A stretch of 64,000 bases of DNA, from the IMG/VR virus record IMGVR_UViG_2974548309_000001, positions 1 through 64,000 of that record; one strand, written 5' to 3'. This document shows, piece by piece, positions 45,973 through 57,306 of the stretch. Position 1 is the stretch's first letter. The number at the start of each line of letters is the position of its first letter. A model generated the notes under the pieces. It saw only the letters and a program-made list of their open reading frames with translations. It had not been told where the DNA came from and made no database searches. This DNA comes from a virus. Made by a program: the position numbers and the translations under genes.

Positions 45973-47397
45973 TTAACGAGTATTACTATTGAATTTCGGG
46001 TCACCTAATCGTTCATCCAGGAACTTAACTAACTCTTTTCGTTTACCGGTATAGTCCGGCACTACTGGAGTTAATTTAGGTAGGGCCTCACCAGTAATGT
46101 TAGCTTTAGGCAGTGAACGTTGATATTGAATCAAAGGAGCATTTGCTTCCTTAACCAAGGAATCTCCTGTCGAGTCAACCAAACGTAAAGCATCAGTGTA
46201 GGTTTGACGTGCAGCAGCATTGTTAGCTGTCTGTCTGGTCTGTTTAGCAATGTCTTCAACATCACCAAACGATACTGTTACCCCATCAGCAAAGCCTCCC
46301 CATCTACCCGGAGATAGTGACTTCTCAATGATGTAACCAACGGTACTAGGAGTAGCTCCAGGGTATGCTTTCTTAACTCGGCTATATGCTTCAATAGCTT
46401 CATTAGGGTCACTCAGACGTGACTGGAGACTTTTAATAACATCATCAGCAGAAGTCTTAGTATCATCCTGTAAACTGAATACAGTAGGGTCTACGCCTTG
46501 TCTAATGAATGCTGCTCGTACATCTTGGGTAGCATCCTGTTTAAACTGCTGACCCGCCTGAGCATTCTGTGTAGTCAGAGAAGTTAATACACCAGCTTGC
46601 TCAGGAGTAGGAGCACCTAATGCCTGAATATTCTGACCAACAGCAGTAGCAACCTGATTACCTGTAACCGGGTTGATATCATATTTCTTCTGAAGTTCAG
46701 CAGCTTTAGCACCCATTGGTTTATCTGGATTATCCAGAACCCATTGGTTTAATTCCTGAGCATAGCTACGGAAGTTACCTCGCTCTTTTGCAGCAGCAGC
46801 TCTTTCAGAGTTAGCAGCAGCTCTTGCAGCACGAGCATCAGCAAGCTGTGCTCTCTGTAAACTAAGCTGTTCAATCTGCTGTCTGCGATTAGTTAAATCA
46901 CCATAGAGCTGACGAGAGTCTGCAAAGTTAGCTTCATTCTGTCTGAGGAATGCTTCAGCTTGAGCAGGGTTAGCAGCCAATAAAGAATAGAATTGGTTCT
47001 CATAAGGTTGAGAAGCTTGTTCTTTCTGTAATTGGTCTAACTGGATTTGACCAGTCATATCCTGTCTCAACTGACCCGGACGAGTAGCCAATGTCTGGTT
47101 AATAGCATTCTGGTCTAATGCTGCACCAAATCTTTGACGTAAAGCATCAGCAGCATACTGAGGCATTGCCTCCTGTAATTGGTTAGGGTCACGATAGTTA
47201 AGTAACTCATTCTGTAATGCAGCAGTATTTTGGGTACGTGCTGTATCAAAGTTTAAGTTACTTAATTGACGCTGTTGGTCGAAGGTTCCAAGTAAGCCAG
47301 AGATGGCATCTCGGATACCTTGAACACCAACTTCTTGAAGTCTTGCAACTCCAGTTAAGTCGGGAGCATCAATATTTCTCCAAGTAATCTGAGCCAT
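45973..47397 (-). CDS. Virion structural protein (474 aa), Gln/Ala-rich
   Basis: Intact ORF in the late structural block. Confidence 0.55.
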   Translation of the reverse strand: MAQITWRNIDAPDLTGVARLQEVGVQGIRDAISGLLGTFDQQRQLSNLNFDTARTQNTAALQNELLNYRDPNQLQEAMPQYAADALRQRFGAALDQNAINQTLATRPGQLRQDMTGQIQLDQLQKEQASQPYENQFYSLLAANPAQAEAFLRQNEANFADSRQLYGDLTNRRQQIEQLSLQRAQLADARAARAAANSERAAAAKERGNFRSYAQELNQWVLDNPDKPMGAKAAELQKKYDINPVTGNQVATAVGQNIQALGAPTPEQAGVLTSLTTQNAQAGQQFKQDATQDVRAAFIRQGVDPTVFSLQDDTKTSADDVIKSLQSRLSDPNEAIEAYSRVKKAYPGATPSTVGYIIEKSLSPGRWGGFADGVTVSFGDVEDIAKQTRQTANNAAARQTYTDALRLVDSTGDSLVKEANAPLIQYQRSLPKANITGEALPKLTPVVPDYTGKRKELVKFLDERLGDPKFNSNTR

Positions 47398-47406
47398 ATC
47401 TACCTC

Positions 47407-47886
47407 TTAGAAGTTTAAACGATTCTGGTTCAGGTAGTTTTGAACATCCTGTTCTTTACCTTCATAGTTAGATGTACGACCTCTAATACGGTCTTCAAGT
47501 GCTGTATTATAGGCTTGGGTCTGATTTCGCAGGTTAGTATTAAAAGCATTCTTCTGGAAGTTTAACTGGTCACGAGCTAAATCTAACTGCTGCATACCTG
47601 TCCAGCCTTGGAACAATGAACCTAACCCCTGAGCCAATGGAGATACAATTCCACTTGATTGAAATCCTGTCTCAGGGTTAGTACCACCAAATAGAATACG
47701 CATCGTATCTTCAGATGGAAGCCAAGAAGCAAATATACTTCCTAAGCCACTAGTTGCTGGTGCTCCATCTGTGATGGGGGTGGATAAATTAGTATTTAAT
47801 ACTGAACTCTGAGTAGGATTATACCCAGAGTCAAATAATGGAAGTTGGCTGGTTTGATAACCACCAAAATTCAAATCAAAAGCCAT
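47407..47886 (-). CDS. Virion structural protein (159 aa)
   Basis: Intact ORF in the late block. Confidence 0.5.
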   Translation of the reverse strand: MAFDLNFGGYQTSQLPLFDSGYNPTQSSVLNTNLSTPITDGAPATSGLGSIFASWLPSEDTMRILFGGTNPETGFQSSGIVSPLAQGLGSLFQGWTGMQQLDLARDQLNFQKNAFNTNLRNQTQAYNTALEDRIRGRTSNYEGKEQDVQNYLNQNRLNF

Positions 47887-47897
47887 ATGTCACCTCA

Positions 47898-50228
47898 TTA
47901 TTTAAATGGCATAGCTGGAACATTAGTAAGGTCATCAGGTAATGCTAACAGTGTGGTAACGAAATCCTGAATAGTATTCAAAGTAAGAGGGCCAGGATTC
48001 TGAAGTAATGTTCTATTAAAGAATGATTGAGCTGTCTCAAACAGATTCAGATATCCACCACGAGTTAAATCCTCAATAGAGATATCTTGGTTTCCATTAA
48101 GAGCATTCATTGCATCTTTAATCTGTTCCATTCTATCTTCATAGAGTTCCTGTTGAACTCTCATTTCTTTCATCACCGCCTGCAAATCACTTTGAAGCCT
48201 TTGGTTAACACCTTTAGTTACCGCAGGTACTAATTGTAATACTTCTGAAGCGTAAGGTAATCCTTTACTACCACCAGCACCTGCTTCTGATGAGACACCA
48301 TAAGCCAAAGCAACTACAGCAATAATAACACCGATTTCTGGCGCTACTCTTCTAATGACTTGCTGCACAGCTACAGCCACAACTACACCAATAGCAATCT
48401 GTGTGCCTAAGTAAATAGCTACTGCTGCTGCTACAGATGTACCTGCTGCTGTCGCTGCTGACGCAGCAGCCGCTGCACCTGTTGCTAATGAGCCTAATGA
48501 GATAACAGATACGACGATGGCAATAACAATAACGACTACTTTGAACCATCCTGATTGGTACCATTTAAGCTTCTTCTCTTCATACGAATTAGCTACTAAA
48601 TGAAGACAATCAAAAGTCATCTGAGTACGGTCAACTAAATCCATATCAAGTACAACGGAACGGCATAATGGAATGAGGAATGCTTCATTACCATCTGTAC
48701 TTTCTAAACTCTTCTTAGCACTGGTAGAGACATTGTGACCTTTATAGATATGGTTTATGTGCTCTAAACCACACAGCTCTATCTCCTCATACTGATTAGC
48801 TGAAATCTGTTTTCTGAAATAGATAACAGATACATCAGCAGTTAACTCAGTAGACTGGTCAAATTCATTAATGATGGTGATAGAAGCTGCTGTACCAAGC
48901 TCTCTGGTAATAGTGCCTTCAGTACCAATAACACCTGTCTTCACAATGTATGAAGCATACTGATAGCTGATGGTTACATCGTATGGTTCCTGCCTCAGTT
49001 TTAAATTATTTACAGGAGGCTTAGGACTACTCTTTCCTGTAGTACCATCAACAGCAGTAACATTATCGTTATACCAAGTTAAATAGGCTTCCTTCTGTGA
49101 AGGAGAATGTTGAGCCAGATACTTAAAATACTCATGCAGATATGCAATTGACGATGGGTACTTTGAGTTGAGTGAAATACCCAATACAAAGAATGCATGG
49201 TCAATATCACCTACATCAGGGTTTTCATTAAGCTTATCTCCAAGTTCAGTAAGACTAACCCCGATACGTCTCAGGATGTTCTTATTGGCTTTATATTCAT
49301 CTGCTGGAACATTAGCAGGATTAGTCCAATCCTTGTTATATACCCTCAGAGGAACGATAGGATAATAGTCACTATTGGCTACATCATCATCGAGGATATC
49401 GTCCAGAGTAGGATAGGTACCTGTGCCAGCTTCATACATGAAGTATTGCTTACGAGATAAAGTATCCACTACAACAGTGGTTGTGATAGTGGTTTTGAGA
49501 GCCAGTATATCTACTTCAGTTTTTACTGTAGTAGTTGTATATGTGTACTCACCAAAGTTGTTATTAACATCATTGGTAGTTACTTCATCATCCACATCAC
49601 CAATCTGATAATCTCGTTCTTCTACAGTGACTGTAGGAGTACCAGCTTCACGTACACGATAAATGACTTGGTAATAATCACCAGATAAATTCACATCTGG
49701 GAATAAAACTGTTTCTGTGTATACAACAGTTTCTCCATCTAGATAATCAATAGTGACTACACCATTATTATCAATTGAATATTGGTAGTCTGCGTTGGTA
49801 GGAACACCTGGAGGAGGATTACCAAATCCACCGTGGTCTTCATCCCAATCATAGGTTTTGGTTAAGTAATCCTCAGTCCAATAACCAAGGTCTACTGTAC
49901 CGAAATCTGACATGACTAAGGCAACTTGCTTACCAGAGTTGAGAGATGATAGTACATCCATCAAATCCTCTTGGTTCAATGTGCCATAGCCAATACGTCC
50001 TTCAGGTAAGCCTGTAGGAGAGTAATCTCTAGCGTATCGATATGTCTGGTCAATCTTAATACCCATGCCATTCAAATATGAACTTTGCATAGTGGCAGAA
50101 ATATCTGTACCAGCCATGATAGCGGAGTTAATAGTCTTTCTAAGAAAGTTGGTTTGCTCTTTGTCCCCAGACAAGTTGAATGTCTGTGAAGCTACAGAGA
50201 TAACCTTTTTACGACTAAATAATCCCAT
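47898..50228 (-). CDS. Large virion structural protein (776 aa) with a long hydrophobic Ala/Val-rich segment
   Basis: Intact ORF in the late block. Confidence 0.55.
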   Translation of the reverse strand: MGLFSRKKVISVASQTFNLSGDKEQTNFLRKTINSAIMAGTDISATMQSSYLNGMGIKIDQTYRYARDYSPTGLPEGRIGYGTLNQEDLMDVLSSLNSGKQVALVMSDFGTVDLGYWTEDYLTKTYDWDEDHGGFGNPPPGVPTNADYQYSIDNNGVVTIDYLDGETVVYTETVLFPDVNLSGDYYQVIYRVREAGTPTVTVEERDYQIGDVDDEVTTNDVNNNFGEYTYTTTTVKTEVDILALKTTITTTVVVDTLSRKQYFMYEAGTGTYPTLDDILDDDVANSDYYPIVPLRVYNKDWTNPANVPADEYKANKNILRRIGVSLTELGDKLNENPDVGDIDHAFFVLGISLNSKYPSSIAYLHEYFKYLAQHSPSQKEAYLTWYNDNVTAVDGTTGKSSPKPPVNNLKLRQEPYDVTISYQYASYIVKTGVIGTEGTITRELGTAASITIINEFDQSTELTADVSVIYFRKQISANQYEEIELCGLEHINHIYKGHNVSTSAKKSLESTDGNEAFLIPLCRSVVLDMDLVDRTQMTFDCLHLVANSYEEKKLKWYQSGWFKVVVIVIAIVVSVISLGSLATGAAAAASAATAAGTSVAAAVAIYLGTQIAIGVVVAVAVQQVIRRVAPEIGVIIAVVALAYGVSSEAGAGGSKGLPYASEVLQLVPAVTKGVNQRLQSDLQAVMKEMRVQQELYEDRMEQIKDAMNALNGNQDISIEDLTRGGYLNLFETAQSFFNRTLLQNPGPLTLNTIQDFVTTLLALPDDLTNVPAMPFK

Positions 50229-50257
50229 AGAGTAAAAAGGGGCCGAAGCCCCTCTCC

Positions 50258-51007
50258 TTAGTAATTAACCTGAACTCCATCTGCGACTTTTCTCGTAAAG
50301 GCATCCACAGCAGCTGTATCAAAGCCTGTTGGAAGTGGAGTTCCATCGTCCACTGTCTTACGAGTAATCCAAGTATCAGCCACAATCTTAAGTGCTTTCT
50401 GTTCAGCATCTCGAAGGAACCCATCTCTCTGTTGTTTATACAGAGCAATTTGAGCACCCAGAATACCGGTAACAGAAACACCATCAACAGAATCAGAAAT
50501 CTGTGCCATCTCAGTTTTAATCTTCTGTCTGGTTAAATCAGCAGTAGCTTCTTGAACAGCAATCTGCTTATCCAGTAATTGCATTTCCTTGTCTTTAACC
50601 AGAAGTTCTTTATCAGCCAGTTCAACCTGCTTCTCAGCTAATTGAATCTGCTGTTCCATCAGTTCCATCTGCTTCTGAGCATTCAGTAATTCTTGCTGCT
50701 TGTTCAGTAAATCTTGAGCAGCCAAAGCTACCTGTGCATCTGCTAATTTAATCTGCGACTGCACCAGAAGGTTATTCAGGTACGTCTTATCTCTTTCAGT
50801 AAGGAAGAGTACAGCCTGTCCCAATACTGCCGTTAACTGGCCCAGATATACTTCTGCATACGATGTGCCAGTAATACGGTCTTGTTCCCATTGATAGGTA
50901 AGATGAGCATTGGCTGCTGTCATTAACTCATCAAAGATACCTGTACCATCAACGACCTTAGTAGTTAGGTCTTCGTTGGTAATGGGTTGAATAACATAAT
51001 CAGCCAT
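50258..51007 (-). CDS. Virion protein (249 aa) with coiled-coil region
   Basis: Intact ORF with heptad-like Q/L/E repeats. Confidence 0.5.
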   Translation of the reverse strand: MADYVIQPITNEDLTTKVVDGTGIFDELMTAANAHLTYQWEQDRITGTSYAEVYLGQLTAVLGQAVLFLTERDKTYLNNLLVQSQIKLADAQVALAAQDLLNKQQELLNAQKQMELMEQQIQLAEKQVELADKELLVKDKEMQLLDKQIAVQEATADLTRQKIKTEMAQISDSVDGVSVTGILGAQIALYKQQRDGFLRDAEQKALKIVADTWITRKTVDDGTPLPTGFDTAAVDAFTRKVADGVQVNY

Positions 51008-51018
51008 TGCTCTACTCC

Positions 51019-51573
51019 TTAATCAATAGATTTAGAGGCAGCCTGCTGAGCTTTAAGAGCTTCCAGCTCTGCTTCAGTCAGTTGAGGCAGTACTTCAATA
51101 CTGTATGCTTTAGCCAGAAATGTCTGTTGGGTATCTCCCTTAGGACCTTTAATAGTTTTGACAGAAGCATATTCACGGTCACGTAAGAACTTATAAATGA
51201 TGTTCGGAACGTGATAACCATTCTCATAGAATTCTTCACGGTAAGGAACAAATACTTTAACGTTACCAACTACATCATTACCTACAGTGATAATCTCACC
51301 GTGGTAGTCAGCCTTAGATGGGTCCATACAAGTCAGACGAATACGAACCAGTTTCATTGCATCATCAGCAGCTTCAGCTCTGAGTTGAGCAGCAGACTTG
51401 GTAGTTGATTTGGTTTCAGTCACAGTTTCTTCCTCAGATACATTTTCATTCTTACCTTCTAAAACTGCATTCACTTTCTCACGCAGTTTATCTACACCGA
51501 TATTAGGATGGTAAGAAATACCTAATTGGTCAGCACGCTGTTTCAGTACATCTAATTCATTCAGTTCAGACAT
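51019..51573 (-). CDS. Virion/decoration protein (184 aa)
   Basis: Intact ORF adjacent to the capsid gene. Confidence 0.45.
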   Translation of the reverse strand: MSELNELDVLKQRADQLGISYHPNIGVDKLREKVNAVLEGKNENVSEEETVTETKSTTKSAAQLRAEAADDAMKLVRIRLTCMDPSKADYHGEIITVGNDVVGNVKVFVPYREEFYENGYHVPNIIYKFLRDREYASVKTIKGPKGDTQQTFLAKAYSIEVLPQLTEAELEALKAQQAASKSID

Positions 51574-51686
51574 AGAAGTTTTCCTTTTAGGACTCTGGGT
51601 GGAACCAGTTTTGGTCTAGCTAAGTGTATCGTATTTTTTAGATAAAAAAAGAGTGGGTTTCCCCACTCTCTTAGTCAAAATCTCAA

Positions 51687-52856
51687 TTACATCTGAGCTA
51701 CAGTCTTGAACAGTGCAATCCATTCAGGACGCAGAATCAGTGAACCGTAGTACCATTTGATTGAGGTGAAGCCCATTTCGCCATACGGGTCTGCATAAGA
51801 TGCAGTCTCGATGCCTGGTTTCTTGGTATAGGTAACGAACTTAACAGTCTTACCATCTGTCTGGAAACCGATAGTGGTGAAGGAGCCAGAACCAACACAC
51901 AGCATTGGGAATACGTCGTACTTGCCAGAAGTAGCGTAGTAACCTGGGTTGGTAGTAACTGCTTTACCAGCACCTGCCCATTTCAGCATCTTAGGAACAA
52001 CGATGATGCGGAAAGAAGCGATAGAACCAATCTCACCTTGCAGGATAGTACCAGCATCAGCATACTGCTGAACCGGGATGAAAGCTGCATTGTCAAACGG
52101 GTCTTTCATCTTACGCAGCATCAGTTCCAGCTCAGAACCAATGTACAGAGCACGAGCACCTGGAATAACACGAGTATCAATCATACGCGAACCAGCAATC
52201 AGCTTGGTCTGCATAGGACACAGGTTGTCATTCAGAGTAATACCCATCTTAACCAGACCGTCATAGGTAACTACAGTAGCAGTACCTTCGCCAGTCATAT
52301 CTGCGTTAGAGGTAGCAGCACCTGGATAACGAACAACACCAGCACCATTCAGCAGGTCAATCTGCAACTGGTCTTCAGTGATTTCGTTAGCACCTTTAAC
52401 AGCTTCCTGAATCAGGTGCATATCCAGCTCTTCGTCGGTATCGAAATCCATTGCTTCCTGAGTCCACTCATAGAAGAAGCCGAATTTCTTGATAGTGCCT
52501 TGCAGCTGAATACGGGTGAAACCAACACGGTTAACACGACCACCATTCTCGGTCAGAGCAGGCATCTTAGCTGGGATAGTACCGATATCTTTGCTAGAAC
52601 CATACAGGTTACCGTTAGTAATAGTAGCACCAGCAGCATCAATACCTTGGTCGTTGACGTTACGGTCATCCAGCAGTGGGATATAGTGATACAGCTTAAT
52701 GGTTTTACCCATGTTCTTAGGCATGTTGGTTACATCAGCCAACTGACCAAAGTACATTTCTTTAGCTGCATCAACGAGCGCTTTCTTGTAGTAGTAGTCC
52801 AGACGAATCTGCGGACCAACACTAGAAGACGTAGTATTAGGAGCATTATACTTCAT
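51687..52856 (-). CDS. Major capsid protein
   Basis: The 389-aa ORF sits between the scaffold-like gene and the decoration gene. Its GC-rich, host-optimised codon usage is typical of the most highly expressed late gene. The call is positional (N4 gp56-like). Confidence 0.6.
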   Translation of the reverse strand: MKYNAPNTTSSSVGPQIRLDYYYKKALVDAAKEMYFGQLADVTNMPKNMGKTIKLYHYIPLLDDRNVNDQGIDAAGATITNGNLYGSSKDIGTIPAKMPALTENGGRVNRVGFTRIQLQGTIKKFGFFYEWTQEAMDFDTDEELDMHLIQEAVKGANEITEDQLQIDLLNGAGVVRYPGAATSNADMTGEGTATVVTYDGLVKMGITLNDNLCPMQTKLIAGSRMIDTRVIPGARALYIGSELELMLRKMKDPFDNAAFIPVQQYADAGTILQGEIGSIASFRIIVVPKMLKWAGAGKAVTTNPGYYATSGKYDVFPMLCVGSGSFTTIGFQTDGKTVKFVTYTKKPGIETASYADPYGEMGFTSIKWYYGSLILRPEWIALFKTVAQM

Positions 52857-52872
52857 AATTAATCACCCTCGA

Positions 52873-53988
52873 TTATCGAAACTTAGAGTTAAACGCTTTC
52901 TCAAACTCTTCATCAGACATAGACAGAGGATTTAAATCTGGCTCTTTAGTTGTCTGAGTCTGTTTGGATGGACTTGCAGCCTTACGCTTTGCAGCCCTTT
53001 CAGTATCATCTTGCGTAGGTACTTTTGGCTTAACTTCTACTGGCTGTTGGGTTGGCTTCTTATTGAATGCGCCCTGAGCAGCAAGTTGTTTACCAATAGC
53101 TTCATACGCCTGTAAATCTGAAAGACCACTCAAATTCCCCAATGCTCTCTGCTTCATCATCTCAGAGGCGATTGTGTCAAAAATTCCATTTGCCACATGC
53201 TCATTGATGAGTGGAATAAGATTTGGTTCATTTGCAAGTGCACGTTTACTGTTATCATCCCATTCATCGAGAATGACGGTCATTGTCCGATTATATGTTG
53301 GAGTATGTTCGATACTATCCAACACCGTATCTAGATTAACCTGTGCATCCGAGACTGAGTAATTACCAGGTGTGTACTTCGGTTCTTCCTGTGTATTTAC
53401 ATCGAGAGGGTCAATGCCACTCTCCTTAATGAGTTTGCCAATAGCATCAGGATTCTTTTTATCTAAATCGATTAGATAAGTAATCTTTTGCTCATCAAGC
53501 AGACCATTATTTTCCAACATCTTAAGAACTTTTAAAGATGGTTTCAAGGCCGCCATCTTTTTATTATAGTTTGCTCCTTGTTGCATCAGCTTAATAGCTT
53601 CATCAACTGAGTCGATTTTAATATCTCGACCATTCGCTTTGAATGGAGCAAACAACTTATTCAACTGAGCTTGAGCATCAGCTACTTCAGGTTCAGCCTC
53701 AGTAGATTTATTCTCTTGTTCAGTTGATTCTGTTCCTTCCTGAGTATCAGTAGATTGAGTTTCTTGCTCTGTAGAAGTATCAACTTCTTCAGTAGTTTCA
53801 GTCTCAGTATCTTCTGTATCTTCAGCTTGAGTAGTAGTAGTTGTTTCAACTTCTACTTCTTCTTTCTTTTCAGTCTGAGTTTCCGTTTGCTCATGTGAAG
53901 ATGCCGACTTAAAGGTCGGCATCGGAGCATTCAGGAAATCAGCATCAGACATACTAAGAATAGATTGTTCAACACTGTTTCCAGCCAT
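52873..53988 (-). CDS. Putative scaffolding protein (371 aa, extremely acidic Thr/Glu-rich N-terminus)
   Basis: Composition and position between portal and capsid. Confidence 0.45.
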   Translation of the reverse strand: MAGNSVEQSILSMSDADFLNAPMPTFKSASSHEQTETQTEKKEEVEVETTTTTQAEDTEDTETETTEEVDTSTEQETQSTDTQEGTESTEQENKSTEAEPEVADAQAQLNKLFAPFKANGRDIKIDSVDEAIKLMQQGANYNKKMAALKPSLKVLKMLENNGLLDEQKITYLIDLDKKNPDAIGKLIKESGIDPLDVNTQEEPKYTPGNYSVSDAQVNLDTVLDSIEHTPTYNRTMTVILDEWDDNSKRALANEPNLIPLINEHVANGIFDTIASEMMKQRALGNLSGLSDLQAYEAIGKQLAAQGAFNKKPTQQPVEVKPKVPTQDDTERAAKRKAASPSKQTQTTKEPDLNPLSMSDEEFEKAFNSKFR

Positions 53989-53994
53989 ATGCTA

Positions 53995-54348
53995 TTACTC
54001 CTGTACGTCTTCTTCTAACAGCTCAACTTCGGTTGCTTGGTCAGCAGGCAGAGAACCACGAGCTTGTTCAGCAAACATTTCCACGCGAGCCAAGAACTGA
54101 CGGAAATACGCAATGGCTAACATCTGGTTACGGATTTCAGCCTGGGAAGCCTCGTCCTGCATTGCAGGGTGAGCCAGAAGAGATACTAGTCGCTTAGGTT
54201 CATTTTCGAAGAACTCGGTATCAACCAGTTTCTTCCAATCACGATTCTTAACGATGCGAGAAACAGCATCACCTAAAGCAATCATTTCTTTCTTCTGTTC
54301 AATAGTGATTCGAATTTGTTCTACTTGACTCATGTCGTGTGTCCTCAT
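53995..54348 (-). CDS. Hypothetical late protein (117 aa)
   Basis: Intact ORF. Confidence 0.45.
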   Translation of the reverse strand: MRTHDMSQVEQIRITIEQKKEMIALGDAVSRIVKNRDWKKLVDTEFFENEPKRLVSLLAHPAMQDEASQAEIRNQMLAIAYFRQFLARVEMFAEQARGSLPADQATEVELLEEDVQE

Positions 54349-54357
54349 TACGAGATA

Positions 54358-56478
54358 TTAGATTTCACTAAGTGGCTTACCAGTCTTGAGAATATAGTCC
54401 ACAATCTTGGTTTGGGTTTGGCTTTCAGCTTGAGCCTGAATACGTTCAACATCACGAGCCTGTTTAACACCAGACTCTTGTTCAACATAATCCAGATTTT
54501 TAAGGTCTGTATCACTTTGAACGTTTCCAGCTTGTGTAGCTTTATACCCTGCTGAAGCTCTGTTTTCAATCGCTTTAGATTGAGTTTCTGCAATTTGAGC
54601 CTCTAATAATGCAATTTCCAGCTCAGCTTTACGTTGTGCAAGTGGGTCAGGTTGAGGCTGATATTTCTCAATTCGTTTAGCTAAGTCAGGCATATTTCTC
54701 AGTCGAGCAATATCACTTAATACCATCTGAGACATTTCAAATGGCAGGCTATTACCCATAGTCTGAAGCATGAATGCTAACTCTTGTGCCTTCTGGTTAT
54801 CTGCTTCAGCAGTAGAAATACTTAACTTGAGGTCAAAGTTTCCAGCTAATTCATCTCTACGAACTGATACGAAATCATCATTAGTGATTCGTACAACTTC
54901 TTCTTCAGATAAGAACTCAGCATTCATAGATACAAACTTATAGCCAATATCTATAATGCCTTGAGCCAATCTACGAAGAATACCTAACTCACGTTTAGAA
55001 GCAGCATCAAGTGCTCCACGAATACCAGTAGCTACATCGCCTAAAGCTTGTGATGCAATACCTTGTGAGAATGACTTAACACCAGTAAGAGATTCAGCTT
55101 CATTATTCTGATACTGAATCATCAGAGGCGCTGACTGAGGAATCTCAGGAGACGTATGCATATAGACACCTTGTCTTGGGTCCACGTTTGCATTGAACTC
55201 ATAGTCTTCACCTTTATCAAACTTACGTCTGTTAGTCACATCCAACATGTCTTTACGAATACCAGTTTGACCATTAGCACTACGAGCCAGAATATCAATC
55301 ATGGCACGAGTAGTAGCTCCAATAATCTTCTGGTTATCTTCTAGTAAAGCACCATCAGGCTCACCATAGATAGAGCGAGTAACTGGCAGATAGGGAACGA
55401 TAACAAATGGAATTTGTTTATCTGGGAATGGGTTCTCTTCAAGACGAATCATCGTATTCCCTACAAAGGTAGCTACGATTGGTACAGTCTTACCATCACC
55501 ATTAATATCCCAATATCCCCAATACTCATAAGCAATAAACTTCTTACGAGGTTCATCCTTAAAGTTGAAACCAGATTGGTCTTCGGTCATATGGTCAGGA
55601 GTATTAAGAGGATTAGACATACTTGTAGAAATCTTATCCAGATTCTTATATCTACCATCTTTCTCTAAATCCGACTTAGAAGTCTCAAAACTATAAATAA
55701 CAAACTGAGCTTGTTTGATATCACCATTACAAGTTGGGTCGATAACTACGTTCTGAGAGTTAACTACTTCAACAGTAGGTTGGTTAACAATAATCTTTTC
55801 GTACTCAACTTCCTGAGTACCTTCTTGTCTAGCCACATATGCACCACGATTCTCAAAGGAATAATCTACAGAGGCAATAATGTCATCTGGTAGATTGTGA
55901 TATGCATTAGGGTTCTCCAGCTTTAACTGAAGAGCTTCTTGGATAGCAGCTACTTGGTCAGGAGTCTGTGCTGGATAATATGCATACACAGGAACAGTCT
56001 CTTTAATTTTTTGAGTCTGTTCACGCCAACCAACACGAACAATTACAGTACCTTCATTAACAGCAGTACGAACGTAATCATCAATGAAACGTACCTTATC
56101 AATCTTAATATTGAACTGATAATTAAGTACTAATTGGTTCTGGATAGCAGCTTGTCTGTCTTCCCATGTAACAGGAGCCACAGAGAATAACTCATCTGTA
56201 CTTAAGAATGGTTCTGTAAGAGCTGAGTATCTCCATTCAGCTTGCTTACGAATGAGCATAGGTTGTACTGAAGACCTACCTGGTAACTTCTTAGGTTTAG
56301 CAGGACCAGTAACATTCAGGTTATCTAGCCAAGTAGTAATCTTGCTCATTTGAGCACTATGAGCGCTGGATGCAGAATCGTAATCTGACTTGAGGTCAGT
56401 TACGTTAGGTTCATTTTTCCAATCAGTTAAGTTGGCAGACTCTGCTGGGTCAACTGTTGGTAATTCATCTTTAGCCAT
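54358..56478 (-). CDS. Portal protein (706 aa)
   Basis: Size and position upstream of the scaffold/capsid genes at the head of the operon. The call is positional (N4 gp59-like). Confidence 0.55.
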   Translation of the reverse strand: MAKDELPTVDPAESANLTDWKNEPNVTDLKSDYDSASSAHSAQMSKITTWLDNLNVTGPAKPKKLPGRSSVQPMLIRKQAEWRYSALTEPFLSTDELFSVAPVTWEDRQAAIQNQLVLNYQFNIKIDKVRFIDDYVRTAVNEGTVIVRVGWREQTQKIKETVPVYAYYPAQTPDQVAAIQEALQLKLENPNAYHNLPDDIIASVDYSFENRGAYVARQEGTQEVEYEKIIVNQPTVEVVNSQNVVIDPTCNGDIKQAQFVIYSFETSKSDLEKDGRYKNLDKISTSMSNPLNTPDHMTEDQSGFNFKDEPRKKFIAYEYWGYWDINGDGKTVPIVATFVGNTMIRLEENPFPDKQIPFVIVPYLPVTRSIYGEPDGALLEDNQKIIGATTRAMIDILARSANGQTGIRKDMLDVTNRRKFDKGEDYEFNANVDPRQGVYMHTSPEIPQSAPLMIQYQNNEAESLTGVKSFSQGIASQALGDVATGIRGALDAASKRELGILRRLAQGIIDIGYKFVSMNAEFLSEEEVVRITNDDFVSVRRDELAGNFDLKLSISTAEADNQKAQELAFMLQTMGNSLPFEMSQMVLSDIARLRNMPDLAKRIEKYQPQPDPLAQRKAELEIALLEAQIAETQSKAIENRASAGYKATQAGNVQSDTDLKNLDYVEQESGVKQARDVERIQAQAESQTQTKIVDYILKTGKPLSEI

Positions 56479-56632
56479 TTCGGTTATCCCTCAGTTACTT
56501 TGCAAGCAGTATATATGTTTTGATGCATTTCTGAACTTAGTTTGCTGTCTGTCTCCATATTTATCTAATCTTTTTAAGTGTATCTATTGTATTCTTTACT
56601 CACTTCTTAAGAAGAATATTGGAGGCTTTCAA

Positions 56633-57007
56633 ATGCATGAGCCAGTTTCAGGAACTGCTATCACGACAGGTTTGGGTGCTACTACTCTACTGTCTTATTG
56701 GGCAGGTATTCCACCTGGAGTCATCATTGGTTCATTTGCTGGAGCAGTGGTCTATGTTTTGACCAATTCAGACATTCCCCTATTTAAAAGGTTAAGTTTT
56801 TTCTTAATCTCTTTTGTAGTGGGAATCATTGGTTCAGAGTATGCATCTAAGATAATGAGTGCTGTTACTTCAGCTCTCACTAGAACAGATATTACTGTGG
56901 ACCTTTCGGTTGGAGCATTTGTAGCTTCTGCGGTAGCTATTAAACTAATCCTAAGTCTGATTGCAAAAGCAAAGATTCCCGACTCACCGACGGGAGGAAC
57001 TCAGTGA
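56633..57007 (+). CDS. Holin-like membrane protein (124 aa, 3-4 TM helices)
   Basis: GGAGG RBS. It is the first gene of the rightward cassette that precedes the lysozyme. Confidence 0.5.
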   Translation: MHEPVSGTAITTGLGATTLLSYWAGIPPGVIIGSFAGAVVYVLTNSDIPLFKRLSFFLISFVVGIIGSEYASKIMSAVTSALTRTDITVDLSVGAFVASAVAIKLILSLIAKAKIPDSPTGGTQ

Positions 57008-57306
57008 TGGTCATTGTTGATTACTTAAGGTCGTTAGGGCCACTTGAGATTCTCAATGCAGTTATCTGCTTTGGTATTTCATTTCGTCTGATGTGCTTCA
57101 GACAAGGCTCTGCACAACACAAAGTTATCTACTCATTCTTGGCTTACATCCTCATAGTAGCTACAGCAGCTATTGGTATCAGAATCCTGATGAAGCACTG
57201 CACCCATGTCGATATATGGGAAGTGATTGTCAATGGAACTGTGCTAATCGGTGTTGTAGGCTCTAGAGGCAATATTGCTAGATTCGTAAAGGTGGAATTT
57301 AAATGA
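57004..57306 (+). CDS. Second small membrane protein (100 aa; holin/antiholin partner)
   Basis: Hydrophobic ORF coupled by ATGA overlaps. Confidence 0.45.
   Translation: MMVIVDYLRSLGPLEILNAVICFGISFRLMCFRQGSAQHKVIYSFLAYILIVATAAIGIRILMKHCTHVDIWEVIVNGTVLIGVVGSRGNIARFVKVEFK

Noticed and set aside
52038-52862. 274-aa + strand ORF opposite the major capsid gene
   Set aside because: It is antisense to a GC-rich, codon-optimised gene. Its low-complexity S/T/N-rich translation and lack of RBS make it a frame artefact. The same applies to the other + ORFs listed inside 34439..56478.
56479-56632. σ70-like −35/−10 hexamers in the divergent portal/holin intergenic region
   Set aside because: Candidate boxes exist (TTCAGA-N16-TATACT on the − strand) but only as weak matches, which is too weak to list as a feature.
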